Origin: an uncultured Gemmatimonadaceae bacterium
GTDB taxonomy: Bacteria > Gemmatimonadota > Gemmatimonadetes > Gemmatimonadales > Gemmatimonadaceae
Length of the DNA: 64,000 nt
Direction: 5' to 3'
Assembly (NCBI GenBank): GCA_963829055.1
Contig: CAWHHI010000009.1
Span: forward strand, 64,001 to 128,000
The translations under genes and the position numbers were made by a program. Positions 20,657-31,249 of this stretch are shown here, piece after piece (the first letter of the stretch is position 1; every line of letters begins with the position of its first letter). Under the pieces are notes generated by a model. That model saw nothing but the letters and a program-made list of their open reading frames with translations, was not told the DNA's origin and did not search any database.

Positions 20657-22864
20657 TCAGTCGTGGGGACGCGCGAGCGCGCGGTCGAAGAAAGCCGCCG
20701 TCGCCGAATCGACGCGCGCCCAGTTCGAGCGGCGCATCATGTGGTGCGTGTCATCCACGATCACCATTTCCTCGAACGGCACGCGCGCCGCCTCGAGTCG
20801 CCGCACGAGATCGACCGTTCCAGCGAAGCGCACGTTGCGGTCGTCGTCGCCGTGGATCAGCAGCACGGGTGAGCGCCACGTCGACACCGAGGCGACCGGC
20901 GACGACGTCCACGCCGTCTTCCGCGCGCGCTCGAGGTCCGGCGCCTCCTCGAAGCGTCCGCTCCCTGCCGAGGCGGCGAACGCCCGGCCTGCTCCGGAGT
21001 TGGGCGTCGTGAAGTCGTGCACGCCGTGGACGTCCACGCCGGCGGCAAACACGTCGGAGTTGCGGCCGAGCGCGAGCGCGACGAGGAAGCCGCCGTACGA
21101 GCCGCCGAAGATGCCGACGCGGCGCGCGTCGACGTCCGGCCGCGCCTGCAGCCACCGCGCTCCCGCGAGCACATCCTGGTACTCGGCCGCGCCCTGCGCG
21201 CCGGCGTTAGGCGGGTGGTGAAACTCGTTCCCGTAGCCGATGCCCAGCCGATAGTTCACCGAGAGCACGACGTATCCCTTGGCGGCGAGGTACTGGTTGG
21301 ACGCGTACGAGTTCGCGTAGTAGTCCATGTAGTGCCAGCCGAGCAGCATCTGGCGCTGCGGGCCGCCGTGGACGAAGACGAGCGCGGGACGCTTGCCGGT
21401 CACGTCGGTGCGGGCGAAGAGCTGCGCGTGCACCTCGGTCCCGTCCGGCGCCTTGTAGACGACCTGCCTCGGCGTCACGAGCTTGCGCGGCCGGGAAATC
21501 GGCGGGGATGCGGTCCTCACCGAGGAGCCGCGTCGAGCCACCTTCCGACTGCATGACCGCGGGCAGCGCTGGACGCTGCGCGGTGGCACTGAAAAACGCG
21601 ACCGCGCTTCCGTCGCCCGTCACCACCGGCGACGACTCGATCCCCGTTCCAGGCGTGAGCACCTCGGGCGCGGCGCGATCGACGGGCACTCGCGTTAGGT
21701 GGCGACGGTCGATGTCCTCGCGCGCGGGGCCGGTGTTCGCGGCGAACACGAGAAAGCGGCCGTCGGCGCTGAGCCTGACGTTCTCCGCCATGTACCGGCC
21801 TGGCGTCAGGAGCAGTGGCGTCCCGCCCGTGTCCGGCATCGAGTAGAGGTGTGGCCATCCATCGATGGTGGAGAGGAACGTGATGCGGCCGCCGGCCGCC
21901 CACTGCAGGTTCGCACCGCCGTCCGAGGTCGGCAGCGAGCCGCGCACCGTCGCCGGCGCCTGCCACAGCCGCCGTCCTTCGCCGGTGGCCACGTCGGCGG
22001 TCCAGACACCCCAGCGCACTCGACGCTGCGCGAGCAAGCGAGTCGGGTGCACCCCCAGTGCCGGGCGTGCGGACGAACGCGATGCGTCGTCCGTCCGGAG
22101 ACCAGCGCGGTGTCCTGTCACGCGAGGTCGACGGCGCGAGCCAGCGGATCGGCGTCGAGTCGTTCGTGTAGATCCCGATGAATGCGTGGTCGCCGCGGTT
22201 GGAGACGAACGCCAGGCTCGACCCGTTAGGCGCCCACTGCGGCTCTTCGGCGTCACCGTTCGCGGCGAAGAGGCGGCGGGCTGGCGCCGAGCCATCCACG
22301 GGCACCGTCCAGATCGCGTGGTCGCGGATGAATGCCACGGCGTCGCCCGCGGGGGACACGGTCGGCTCGTCGCCGTCCCCCAGGAGCTTCGGCTGGGCCG
22401 CCAGCGAATGGCACTGACCAGACCTGAATCTTCGGCGCGACCGGTAGTGAAAGCGGGTTGGGAGACGCGCCGCTCCAATTCCCTCCGTGATCGCCGCCGC
22501 GCACGTACACGACGTATCGGCCGTCGCGCGTCAGCTGGACGCTCGTGAGCTCCTGGCCGTCATCGCGGTCGTACGCCGTGATCTGTCGCGGGCGAAAATC
22601 CGGACCCTCCGCGACCCACAGATTGCGTCGCCCGGCTTCGTCGAGGGCCCACGCGATGCGGCTGCCGGTGGGTGCCGCGGTGAGCTCGGAGGGGAACGGG
22701 TAACCCGCGATCTGCGCGAGCGTGAACGGCGCTGCTGCCGGGCCCGACGGCGGCGCTGACTGGGCGGCGAGGGGAACGGCCACCAGCAGCGCCACGACCG
22801 GGACGCAGGAGCCGAGGTGGAACGAAGTACGGTCGTCAGCGCGACGGCGAAACGGACGCAACAT
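20657..22864 (-). CDS. S9 family peptidase with N-terminal beta-propeller (frameshifted)
   Basis: Signal peptide; PD40-like repeats; VHGGP, GGSYGG nucleophile elbow, HGDDDRNV, DDTHH. Confidence 0.9.
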
Positions 22865-23106
22865 TGGGAGGTGGCGCGGCTGGGGACGCCGGTGATCGCC
22901 CGCGTGGCGAACCGGCGTGCGAACGTATCGCGCGAACCCGGACCACGCTACCACTGTGCTACACCATGTGCCACGCGATGCCGGGCGCTGGCGGTCAGGG
23001 CGGTGCGCCTAACGCGAATAAAGCCGCCGACCCGTACAGCGCCGGCCAGAAGGGGCCTCTGGCATCGGCCGTGCGCCTGATGCGGCGCGATCCGCTTCCC
23101 AAAGGC

Positions 23107-23166
23107 CGCGGACGAACTATCCGGGGATCGCAATTATCGCGGACGAATTATCGCGGACGAATTATC
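23107..23166. repeat. Short direct repeats (CGCGGACGAATTAT-like) upstream of the AraC gene
   Basis: Exact 14-mers at 23138 and 23152, a one-mismatch copy at 23107, and a degenerate unit at 23121-23137. Confidence 0.75.
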
Positions 23167-23214
23167 AAGTGCCGGCCCGCCAGCGCTGTTACGATGAGAG
23201 TATCGGAGACGAAA

Positions 23215-24048
23215 ATGTCGCTTCCAGACAAGGCACTGTGGATCATAGAGCGCAACTCTACCCAACCCCTCACGCTCGACGGCATCGCCGCGGCGTGCGG
23301 TGTCTCACGGTCTCATCTGGCCCATGCCTTCGGCACCGCGACGGGCCTGTCAGTCATGCAATACGTGCGCGCGCGTCGCCTGTCGGCAACAGCGCAGGCA
23401 CTCGCGGCCGGCGCGCGTAACATCCTCTCGCTCGCACTGGAGGCGGGCTACGGTTCGCACGAAGCCTTTACACGCGCGTTCCGCGAGCGCTTCCAGCAAA
23501 CCCCCGAGAGCGTGCGCGAGCGGCGCAGTGTCGCCGGACTCGAGCTCGTTGGCCCACTCGAGCTGCGGCCTCACGCCAATGTCCGCCTCGATCCGCCTCG
23601 CATCGTCGACGAACACGTCATACGCGTTGTCGGCCTCGCCGAGCGTTGCTCGTTCGACACGACCATCACGATTCCCGCGCAGTGGCAGCGGTTCATGGAG
23701 CTCTACCCTGCCATTCCCCATAAGCGCGACCGCATTCCCGTCGGCGTGAACTACGGCGCGGACGACGACGGGCAGTTCCAGTACATGTGCGGCGCCGATG
23801 TGCATCGCTTCGGGGAGCGCATGCGAGGGCTGCTGCACCTCGAGATCCCGCCTCGACAGTATGCGGTGTTCGAGCACTGCGGACACGTGTCCACGATCTA
23901 CGAGACCTACCGCAGCATCTGGAGCGACGCGATGCCTAACACTGGCCGCTCTGTGGCTGATGCTCCGGTCATCGAGCGGCACAATCCGACGTTCGACCCA
24001 CGCACGGGAGAGGGCGGGCTGACGTTGTGGATACCCCTGACCTCGTGA
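23215..24048 (+). CDS. AraC family transcriptional regulator with GyrI-like effector domain
   Basis: GGAG RBS; N-terminal double HTH (ALEAGYGSHEAFTRAF); C-terminal IPAQWQRF...YAVFEH...LWIP. Confidence 0.92.
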   Translation: MSLPDKALWIIERNSTQPLTLDGIAAACGVSRSHLAHAFGTATGLSVMQYVRARRLSATAQALAAGARNILSLALEAGYGSHEAFTRAFRERFQQTPESVRERRSVAGLELVGPLELRPHANVRLDPPRIVDEHVIRVVGLAERCSFDTTITIPAQWQRFMELYPAIPHKRDRIPVGVNYGADDDGQFQYMCGADVHRFGERMRGLLHLEIPPRQYAVFEHCGHVSTIYETYRSIWSDAMPNTGRSVADAPVIERHNPTFDPRTGEGGLTLWIPLTS

Positions 24049-24097
24049 TCGATCGTGTGATGGATCGTGGTCCTGTCAACGATGAGGATGACCGGAA

Positions 24098-25319
24098 ATG
24101 CACTACGACAGCATTGGCGCACTGAGCAGACGTATCCAGGAACAGACCGTATCACCCGTCGACGTCGTCGACGCGTGCTTGAAACGCATCGCGACGTTGA
24201 ATCCCGTCCTGAACGCGTTCATCACCGTCATGGCCGACGATGCACGAGACCAGGCAAGGGAAGTCGAGGCGGAGATCAGGAGCGGAGGGTGGCGAGGCCC
24301 GCTGCACGGGGTGCCAGTCGCGGTGAAGGATTTCTATGACACGGCCGGCGTGGCGACAACAGCCGGGTCGGAGCAGTTCAAGGACCGCGTGCCGGATACG
24401 GACGCCGAAGCCGTCGGGAAATTGAGACGAGCCGGCGCGATCGTCATCGGCAAGACCAACATGGACGCACTCGGCATGGCGACCACGGGGTTGACCGGCT
24501 ACTTCGGACCGGTGCGCAACCCATGGAACGGCGACTACGTGACTGGTGGCTCGTCGGCTGGCTCGGCGGCGGCGGTGGCCGCTGGGCTGTGCTTCGCGAC
24601 GCTCGACACCGATGCGGTTGGTTCGGTGCGTCTCCCGGCGGCGTGTTGCGGCGTGGTGGGATTCAAGGGCAGCTCGGACTTGATCAGCATCAGGGGCATT
24701 CTGGGCGATCAGCCGGTGGATGACTTTGTCCGCTGGATGGCCCACGCCGCGGTGACGACACGCAGTGCCGCGGATACGGCGCTCGTGCTGAATGCGGTCG
24801 CTTCACGCGACGAGGATTTTGCCGCCGGAGTCGTTAGGGCCGACACAACGGTTCGAATCGGCGCGGGCAACAACTTTACCGCGGACGCCGAAGTCAAGCG
24901 GGCATTCGACAAGGCCGTGGCCGCGCTTCAGAGATGCTGGATACGACATCCGTGAGACCGCCGTGCCGTTCGGCGACCCCAGCCAGGGCAGCATGGCCAA
25001 CATCGAGGCTGACCGTCGCGGCATTGTCAGTGAAGCCTTCACGGATGTCGACGTCATGCTGCTCCCGACATTGGACTCGACTGTTCCAACCGTGGCCGAG
25101 GCGACGAAGAATCCCGAGCAGGGGGTTTCAGCGGAGTCCACTGCGTTTGCCAACTACTACAGCCTGCCGGTCGCGAGTGTGCCCTGCGGGTTCGATAGCC
25201 ACCACATGCCCATCGGCCTGCAGATCGTTGGCAAACCCGGTGGCGAACGCACCGTTCTGAACGTTGCGCACCAGTACGAGCTCGCCGCGAAGCTCGGGTC
25301 GATGCATCCGATCGCGTAG
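24098..25319 (+). CDS. Amidase signature family protein (frameshift near 24935)
   Basis: GPLHGVPVAVKD, GKTNMD, GGSSAGS, TDAVGSVRLPAA, PIGLQIVG. Confidence 0.9.
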
Positions 25320-25364
25320 GCACGCCCGCCGTCTACATCACACGCAACTGCAACCCGCGCACAC

Positions 25365-26364
25365 ATGAGGATCGAGGCATACGCGATCCACGAGCCGGGC
25401 GGCGCAGCAGAGCCGTTCGCCTATGAGACGTCACTCGGCAGCGCAGACGTTCTCGTGAGGATCACGCATCGAAGCCTGGCGAGGGGCGACATCCAGTTCA
25501 TCGACAATGCCTGGGGTGATGCTCGGTTCCCACTGGTCCCGGGCCACGAAATCATTGGCATCGTCGAAGCGGCAGGCTCCGACGTCGCCGACCTGCATCC
25601 GGGTGATCGTGTCGGTATCGGGTACCAGCAGCAGGCGTGTTTCGAATGTGCCTTCTGCAGGCGGGGCAGAGAGCAACTGTGCGTTAGGCAGAAAGTCATC
25701 GCCGTCGACTGCTACGGCGGCCTGGCGGAACACATCGTCGTCGATGGTCGGTTCGCATTCCGGCTCCCGCCGCAGATTCGACTCGGCCACATCGACGCCG
25801 TTGCTCTCGTCAGGCCTGACCGTATACGCGGGGATCCTTCGCGCAGGATTGCCTGCCGGCTCCCGAGCGGCGGTGCTCGGCGCGGGAGGACTCGGTCATC
25901 TGGCAATCCAGTTCCTTCACCGGATGGGGCACAGCGTGACCGCGTTCTCGCACTCGCCTAACAAGCGGGGGCTGATCGAGCGCCTGGGAGGGACGTTCGC
26001 GGACAGCTCCGACACGGGGCACCTGACGGAGCACAACGGCGCATTCGACTTCATCCTCTCGACGCTGAATGTCCCGTTCGACCTCGACGCATTCGTCAGA
26101 ATGCTGACGCCAGAGGGGCAGCTCTGCCTGGTCGCGTCGCCGCTGGAGCCGTTATCGCTGAGCGGCGGTCTGTTGAACAACTCTCGGCGATCGATCTATG
26201 GCAACTACATCGGGAGTCGGTCCGAGACCGTGGAGATGCTCGACTTCGCGGCGACGCATGGCATCCGGGCCGTCGTCGATGTGATGCCGTTCGCTCGAGT
26301 GAACGACGCCATCGAGCGGATCCGTCGAAGGGATGTCGCGACGAGTGTCGTGCTGGAGAGTTAG
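25365..26364 (+). CDS. Zn-dependent NAD(P) alcohol dehydrogenase (frameshift near 25775)
   Basis: PLVPGHE, GDRVG, C-x2-C-x2-C-x7-C structural Zn site, GAGGLG. Confidence 0.88.
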
Positions 26365-26382
26365 CAGACAGCGGCTGCTATT

Positions 26383-26413
26383 GCCTAACGCCCCAGTCGA
26401 GCTGCGGGGCGTC
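26383..26413 (-). repeat. attC right half (remnant)
   Basis: Minus strand reads CGCCCCGCAGCTCGACTGGGGC-GTTAGGC, matching the right arms of the intact attC sites; left arm missing. Confidence 0.6.
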
Positions 26414-26755
26414 TACTCGGGCGGGGGCGCAGCATTCTTGCGCGGGTGCGCCACCGAGTGGAGGTACAGCGACTCCACCTTGGCGCGCGCCCACGGCGTC
26501 CTTACGCAAGAACTCGAGCCAGCGGATCCATCGCCGCGCCGGAGCGCGATGGAGGAGGCGTGCCATCCAGGCGGTGAGCGCCGCAAGCAGAATAATGTCG
26601 CCGATCACTGCCGCGGCAGGATAGGAAACGCTGCCCGGCTGGGCCACGAGCCCCGGATTGCGCCCACGTTCCAGCACCAGCCAGGTGAAGCCGGCCCAGT
26701 GTAGAACCAACCAAGAGCGAGTCAGGCGGTGGGGCATTGCCATGCGTTGCGACAA
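26413..26755 (-). pseudogene. Mosaic remnant: membrane-protein fragment joined to a VF530/DUF2132-like C-terminus
   Basis: Minus strand reads LEFLRK/TPWARAKVESLYL (one extra base), preceded by unrelated hydrophobic sequence. Confidence 0.55.
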
Positions 26756-26766
26756 GGTCGCGTGCG

Positions 26767-26827
26767 GCCTAATGCTGCCGGTAACTCGCGAGCGAGTCGA
26801 AGAAAATCGCGAGTGCAGCGACGCCTA
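26767..26827 (-). repeat. Degenerate attC-like site
   Basis: Directly after the 26825 stop: ACTCGCGA...TCGCGAGT stem, then ACCGGCAGC-ATTAGGC (G>A in the core). Confidence 0.45.
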
Positions 26828-27541
26828 TCTGAATGGGGGCCTCGGCGTATTCCGCGACATGGGCCACCCAGGATCCAACGTTCCTGTTGCTTCGACGAGC
26901 ATGACGCGACGGTCTCGCCGGTCGCACCGTTCGATCAACCGATCGATCACGCCGACGGGTTGCGTGAGGCCCCTGAGAATTGACTTGGCCTCGGTGAACC
27001 TGCCGAGCTGACGATGTAGCTCGGCCTCGAGGAGGCGCTGGTCAGGCTCATCGCCCAACAACGTGAGGAGAATCTCCATGTTCCGACTGCCTTCCCCGGT
27101 CGGCGGTTCGTCCGGGGAAGCCGGCGGCTCGACGTGCTCACTCGCACCTGAATCTCGTGGCACGGTGCGCGCCTCGACGGACGCCCGGCGGTCGGCATCA
27201 TTGCGGCGCCACCACGCGCGGAGCCGCGCGTCGCGTTGAACGCTGGGAGCGGAGGAAAAATCTCCGCGAGCGAGCGCCGCGTGATACGCCTGCTCGCTCG
27301 GCTCCGCTATCCACGGCATGTCTCGCGACGGCGTTGGGGCTGGTGGTGCATCGGCCTGGTAGAAGCATCGATGGCACCTGGCGCATTCCACGACTGTTGG
27401 CCCGAGATCGGGGAGTGACTCGCGGAAGCCGTCACTCCACGTACGCGATCCCATGAAGGCGATCGAACCGTAGGTCGGCACCTGTGCTCGGGCCGAGCAG
27501 TTCGGGCATGCCAGTGCCGTCAGTGGTCCTGGTGTCGACAT
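26825..27541 (-). CDS. Cassette hypothetical protein with two CxxC motifs and a TPR-like C-terminal helix pair
   Basis: CPNC...RTWSDG...CARC; LLEAELHRQLGRFTEAKSIL. Confidence 0.75.
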   Translation of the reverse strand: MSTPGPLTALACPNCSARAQVPTYGSIAFMGSRTWSDGFRESLPDLGPTVVECARCHRCFYQADAPPAPTPSRDMPWIAEPSEQAYHAALARGDFSSAPSVQRDARLRAWWRRNDADRRASVEARTVPRDSGASEHVEPPASPDEPPTGEGSRNMEILLTLLGDEPDQRLLEAELHRQLGRFTEAKSILRGLTQPVGVIDRLIERCDRRDRRVMLVEATGTLDPGWPMSRNTPRPPFR

Positions 27542-27655
27542 CGGCGAGTCCGTGTGTCCGTCGTGAGGCGTAACGCATTAGGGAATGCGTCGAATCACAT
27601 GCATCCATGCAAGACCGCTGTGGTTCAAGCTAACGATTGGCTTAACGCCTGGCTG

Positions 27656-28063
27656 TCAGGGCCCTTTCGGCAGGGCGGTCGGCGGCCGATCTCGCTCGAG
27701 CAACTGCTCTACGAAGGCGAGCTTCTCCTCGAGCTCTCCCAGCCGGATCTGAGACTCGGCCAGCGCCTCACGCGTGCGATCGAGCTCCTCCATCGCGGAG
27801 ACGGTCGGGCTGGAGTCGGCCTGTAAATAGGCCGTGTACAGCGCGCGGGGTGCATCCACGTAGAGTTCCGTATACCCGCAGGCGCAGCACACTCGCGCGG
27901 TGAGATCGACGCGCTCGGGGCGCTTGAAGAGCATGGCATTCGGCCGACGCTGTACCTCGACCTGGAGGTCATAGCGCATGTTGTCATCGCCTCGCTCGGC
28001 GACGCGCGCTCGCGGGATCACTTCGTTGGAGCTACACCGGGGGCAGAGCAAAGGGTCAGGCAT
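27656..28063 (-). CDS. Cassette hypothetical protein: zinc ribbon plus coiled coil
   Basis: AGGAG RBS; MPDPLLCPRC...VCCACGYTELY; C-terminal RLGELEEKLAFVEQLLE. Confidence 0.8.
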   Translation of the reverse strand: MPDPLLCPRCSSNEVIPRARVAERGDDNMRYDLQVEVQRRPNAMLFKRPERVDLTARVCCACGYTELYVDAPRALYTAYLQADSSPTVSAMEELDRTREALAESQIRLGELEEKLAFVEQLLERDRPPTALPKGP

Positions 28064-28166
28064 ACCCGCTCCTGTCTGAGGGGGACGAGGGGCAGTGCAC
28101 CAGGGCCGAACCGCACAACGCCCAACGCCGCCAACCACAATCGGACGAACACACAGCCCTGTTGCG

Positions 28167-28266
28167 CTCTAACGCCTTAGCTCAGCTCAAGGGAGTCACG
28201 TAAGAGCGCCGAGCGGAGCTCGGCGCAACTCCTGAAATCCCTTGTCAGCTTCAGCGTTCGTTAGGC
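28167..28266 (-). repeat. attC site
   Basis: Minus strand: GCCTAAC-GAACGCTGAAGCTGACAAGGGA...TCCCTTGAGCTGAGCTAAGGC-GTTAGAG; 100 bp; the upstream gene's TAA lies in R''. Confidence 0.88.
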
Positions 28267-28840
28267 AACTGCAATGAGAACTGAATCGATAACGTGCTTC
28301 CACTGCGCATTGACAACGCTGATGCGGTCGGCGTAGAACTCGGTTTCTGAATGCTGCGGCGCCAAGAAGAAGACCACATGAGCAGTGCGAAACGCAAGAA
28401 CTTCGGTCGCCCCGGTAGCGTCAGCAATTCGCTGTGACATGTGGTCAATGTACTGCTGGCGATTGCGTCGCGGAAAATGTTGATAGACGAGCACCGAGTG
28501 GCCAGCCAGATAGGTATCCGTCAACTCGCGCCAAAGAAGGTATTTTGGGCTGTTCCGAGTTCCGGCCCGACAGCTGTCAACCTCAAGGCCGTTGTCCGGA
28601 TCGAAGAAAACAAGCTCATGGCCCGTCGCCTGGCGCAACATCTCCTCGAAATGCTGCCGCCTCGCATGTTTATCTTGGGGAACCACTTCTGAGTAAAACC
28701 GAGCTCCAGGCAAAATGTCCGCGGCCGCGACTTGATCGACTGATCGCCGGCCAGCGCGAACCAGCTCAACGAGCGCATCAAACAACTCTGGATCGCGCGG
28801 TCGCCATGCCAATGGGTGCGTCCAGATAGGAGGCGAGCCG
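28261..28840 (-). pseudogene. Apparently 5'-truncated cassette gene, conserved-hypothetical type, lower GC
   Basis: WRPRDPELFDAL...LVFFDPDNGLEV...SPKYL...SVLVYQHFPR. An out-of-frame YLDAP upstream suggests a lost N-terminus; no attC between it and the 28873 gene. Confidence 0.6.
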
Positions 28841-28872
28841 CGGACTCGAACTGGCGGTTCAGAGTACAGCTG

Positions 28873-29439
28873 TCAGCTCATCAAGCCCGCGAGAACTCCG
28901 TCCGACGTGACTTTGAGAAGTAGGACCTTTGCCTCAGAAGGCGGAGTAGTCATGGGCTCACCCCGCTTTCGGTCTGCGAAATTGACGTGGAGTTCTCGAG
29001 CCTCACTGCGGATCTCCATGGACTGCGGGGCTATTCTGTCGCCAATACGGAATGCGTTGGTTGCCGTGTATCCCCCGGCACTTTTCAGCGCGACAACCAC
29101 GTAGTAGAACGTGCCGCTCCCGCCCGACTCTTGGGTTACCCAGAACGCCAGATCCTCCAGGCCATCGCCATTGAGATCTCCTTCGGCCTCACTGCCAAGG
29201 TAGCGAGTAGTCGTGCTAGCAGAAGAGTTCTCCACTGGCGCGCTCGACACGCCGTTGACCAGCGTGACCAGCGTCCCGTTTACGGTAAAGGACGCATTCC
29301 TGCCAAACGTTGTCGCCTCCACGGGCGGCTGGGATAAGCGTTCGGTGTGCTCCGCGTCTTGCTCTGTAGAGCGACATCCTCCGATTCCTAGAACGCCAAG
29401 AATCATTAGACCGATCGCTTCTCGTTTTATCATGGTCAT
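28873..29439 (-). CDS. Cassette-encoded putative lipoprotein
   Basis: Lipobox-like GIGGC; GDLNGDGLEDLA...GGSGTFYY...IGDRI; starts about 45 bp after an attC GTT. Confidence 0.82.
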   Translation of the reverse strand: MTMIKREAIGLMILGVLGIGGCRSTEQDAEHTERLSQPPVEATTFGRNASFTVNGTLVTLVNGVSSAPVENSSASTTTRYLGSEAEGDLNGDGLEDLAFWVTQESGGSGTFYYVVVALKSAGGYTATNAFRIGDRIAPQSMEIRSEARELHVNFADRKRGEPMTTPPSEAKVLLLKVTSDGVLAGLMS

Positions 29440-29484
29440 AGCAGTAGTCGGTGGGACAGCTGGGGTGGTCGTGAACTCTCAGAC

Positions 29485-29582
29485 GTCTAACGCCTGAAGT
29501 TGAGCTGCGAGGGCACCCATAGGATGCGGCGACGCAGCCGCCGCCACCAAATCGCCCTCGACAGCTCCAACGGACGTTAGGC
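29485..29582 (-). repeat. attC site
   Basis: Minus strand: GCCTAAC-GTCC-GTTG(G)AGCTG(T)CGAGGGC...GCCCTCGCAGCTCAAC-TTCAGGC-GTTAGAC; 98 bp; two extrahelical bases on the left arm. Confidence 0.92.
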
Positions 29583-30052
29583 TGCAGCCACACGGAACCG
29601 CGGGCTAGATACTCTGGTTCGGCCGTGAGCGCTCGGGCCGAAAGCGAGTGTCGAAAGGTATCGGCGTCGGCGCGGTGCGCGCGTGGAGTTTCGATGCGAC
29701 CTCCCGCCCGTCGACGCGACACCCGAGGCAGTCAGCGTCACGACTTCCGTGAGCGTCCAGCGGACGGCTTGGCCGAAGGTGTTCAGTTTGGCCGTCCGGT
29801 GCAAGCTGACGTCAGACCGATCACATCTCCGCGCCGAGTCTACGGGACGCGTCATCCATGTTCTGCGTCGGCTCGCATTGGAGCCGGCGGCGAGGCCAGG
29901 TCTTGTGGAATCGCTCGCAGCACGGACTCTGCCCCGCGACGGGTTATTTAGCCTGGGTGCAGCGGCGGGCCAGCCTACGTTCCTTAGCTACCCTTTTCGC
30001 GTCGTGCGTGTCCAAGACCCGTTCCCAGGCTACCAAACTCGGAGACTCACCC

Positions 30053-31046
30053 ATGCTGCGACGGGCGGAAATCGGTTTCGCGATGCTCTTGGTTCCTCTC
30101 GTCGGAACCTTGGTAAGTCACCGTTCCACCCAGCCGCCCGGGACCAAGGTCCTGAGTGCCGAGGTCCTGAGGCCGACAGGAGAGTTGCCCAGGGTCGAGG
30201 TCGCAGCTCCGGGACCACGGCTTTGGCTGGCCACGAGCGGCGACGCGAAGGTCTACGTGTTCGGCTTCGGCGAAGCGAAGGATACGTCATGGCTCACGCC
30301 CTCCATTCGGCGCGCCTTCGAGCAAAGCTCCGAGCTCTGGTTGGAGACTGCGGGGCCCAGTGAGCCGACCAACCAAAGTCCAGCCGAGCGACGCGCGGCG
30401 GCGGAGCGAATGAAGCGCCTCGGTTACGAGCCCGGTCGGACTTTGTTCGAATGCGTTGGAGCCGTCGGTCCGGGAACGAACGCTCGCGTACATCGAGGAA
30501 CTCGGAATCAATCGGGACTCGATTCGACCAATGCGTCCCTGGAGGGCATACTACTCAATCGTCCGGGCATTCTGGTCCAAACGACCGGCGACCCACAACC
30601 AAGTCGACGTGGATGCTGTGCTCGGCTCGATGGCGCGGGCTGCCGACAAACGTGTCGACTATGAGTTTCCGAACAGCGAGCCGTTCACGACGCTCCTGGC
30701 TCTGATGCCGGACGCGGCGCAAAGCCAATACATCGAGTGGCTCCTGGATTTTCTGGATGATTACAAGAAAGGGCGCAATGACTCGACCGAATCGTTTCAG
30801 CTGGATCGACGGGGATCCGGGCGATGGTCCGACACGATCGCTCGATCGTATGCGGACCAAGAATGCCTGATCTGTATCAGGTGATGCAGCGGCAGCGGAA
30901 CGGGTGGTGGGCCCGAAAAGTCTTCGAATTGCTGGGGACTAAGGGGACGAGGATCGTCGCGATCGGGCAGCTGCACGTACTCGGGGCCGGATGGGTTACC
31001 TCGGCAACTCGAGCGCCTTGGGGTTACGCTCGAGTTGGTGCAATGA
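30053..31046 (+). CDS. TraB/GumN family protein (frameshifted), antisense to the array
   Basis: PRLWLA...VYVFG...RAFEQSSELWLE, MRPW, RQRNGWW...IVAIGQLHV, GPDGLPRQL across frames. Confidence 0.75.
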
Positions 31047-31127
31047 CACACCGTCAACTTTGGTGTTGGTGATGCCCAGCCCATGCGTATCCATGACTTG
31101 ATGGAGTGGTGGTTGTCGCGGTCCAAT

Positions 31128-31249
31128 GCATAACGTCAACCCGCGAGCGCCCGACCGGATGGAGCCAGCGATGGTGAGCTTAGGGTACCGGAATACTGGG
31201 CACGATACCGAATGCTTCTAGCGCTCGTCACCTTCTATGGACGTTAGGC
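31128..31249 (-). repeat. attC site (degenerate)
   Basis: Minus strand: GCCTAAC...TGACGAGCGC...GCGCTCGCGGGTTGAC-GTTATGC; the upstream gene's TAA lies in R''. Confidence 0.65.

Noticed and set aside
15279..22864. Mass pseudogenisation or programmed frameshifting, here and at 38-40, 45-49 and 61-62 kb
   Set aside because: Single-base indels cluster in blocks across unrelated genes, with full-length coverage, intact motifs and no consistent slippery sites. This fits low-coverage long-read errors; short-read polishing would decide.
29577..29855. 92-aa ORF ending inside the attC R'' site
   Set aside because: The position fits a cassette gene, but the sequence looks non-coding with no recognisable motif; at most a remnant.
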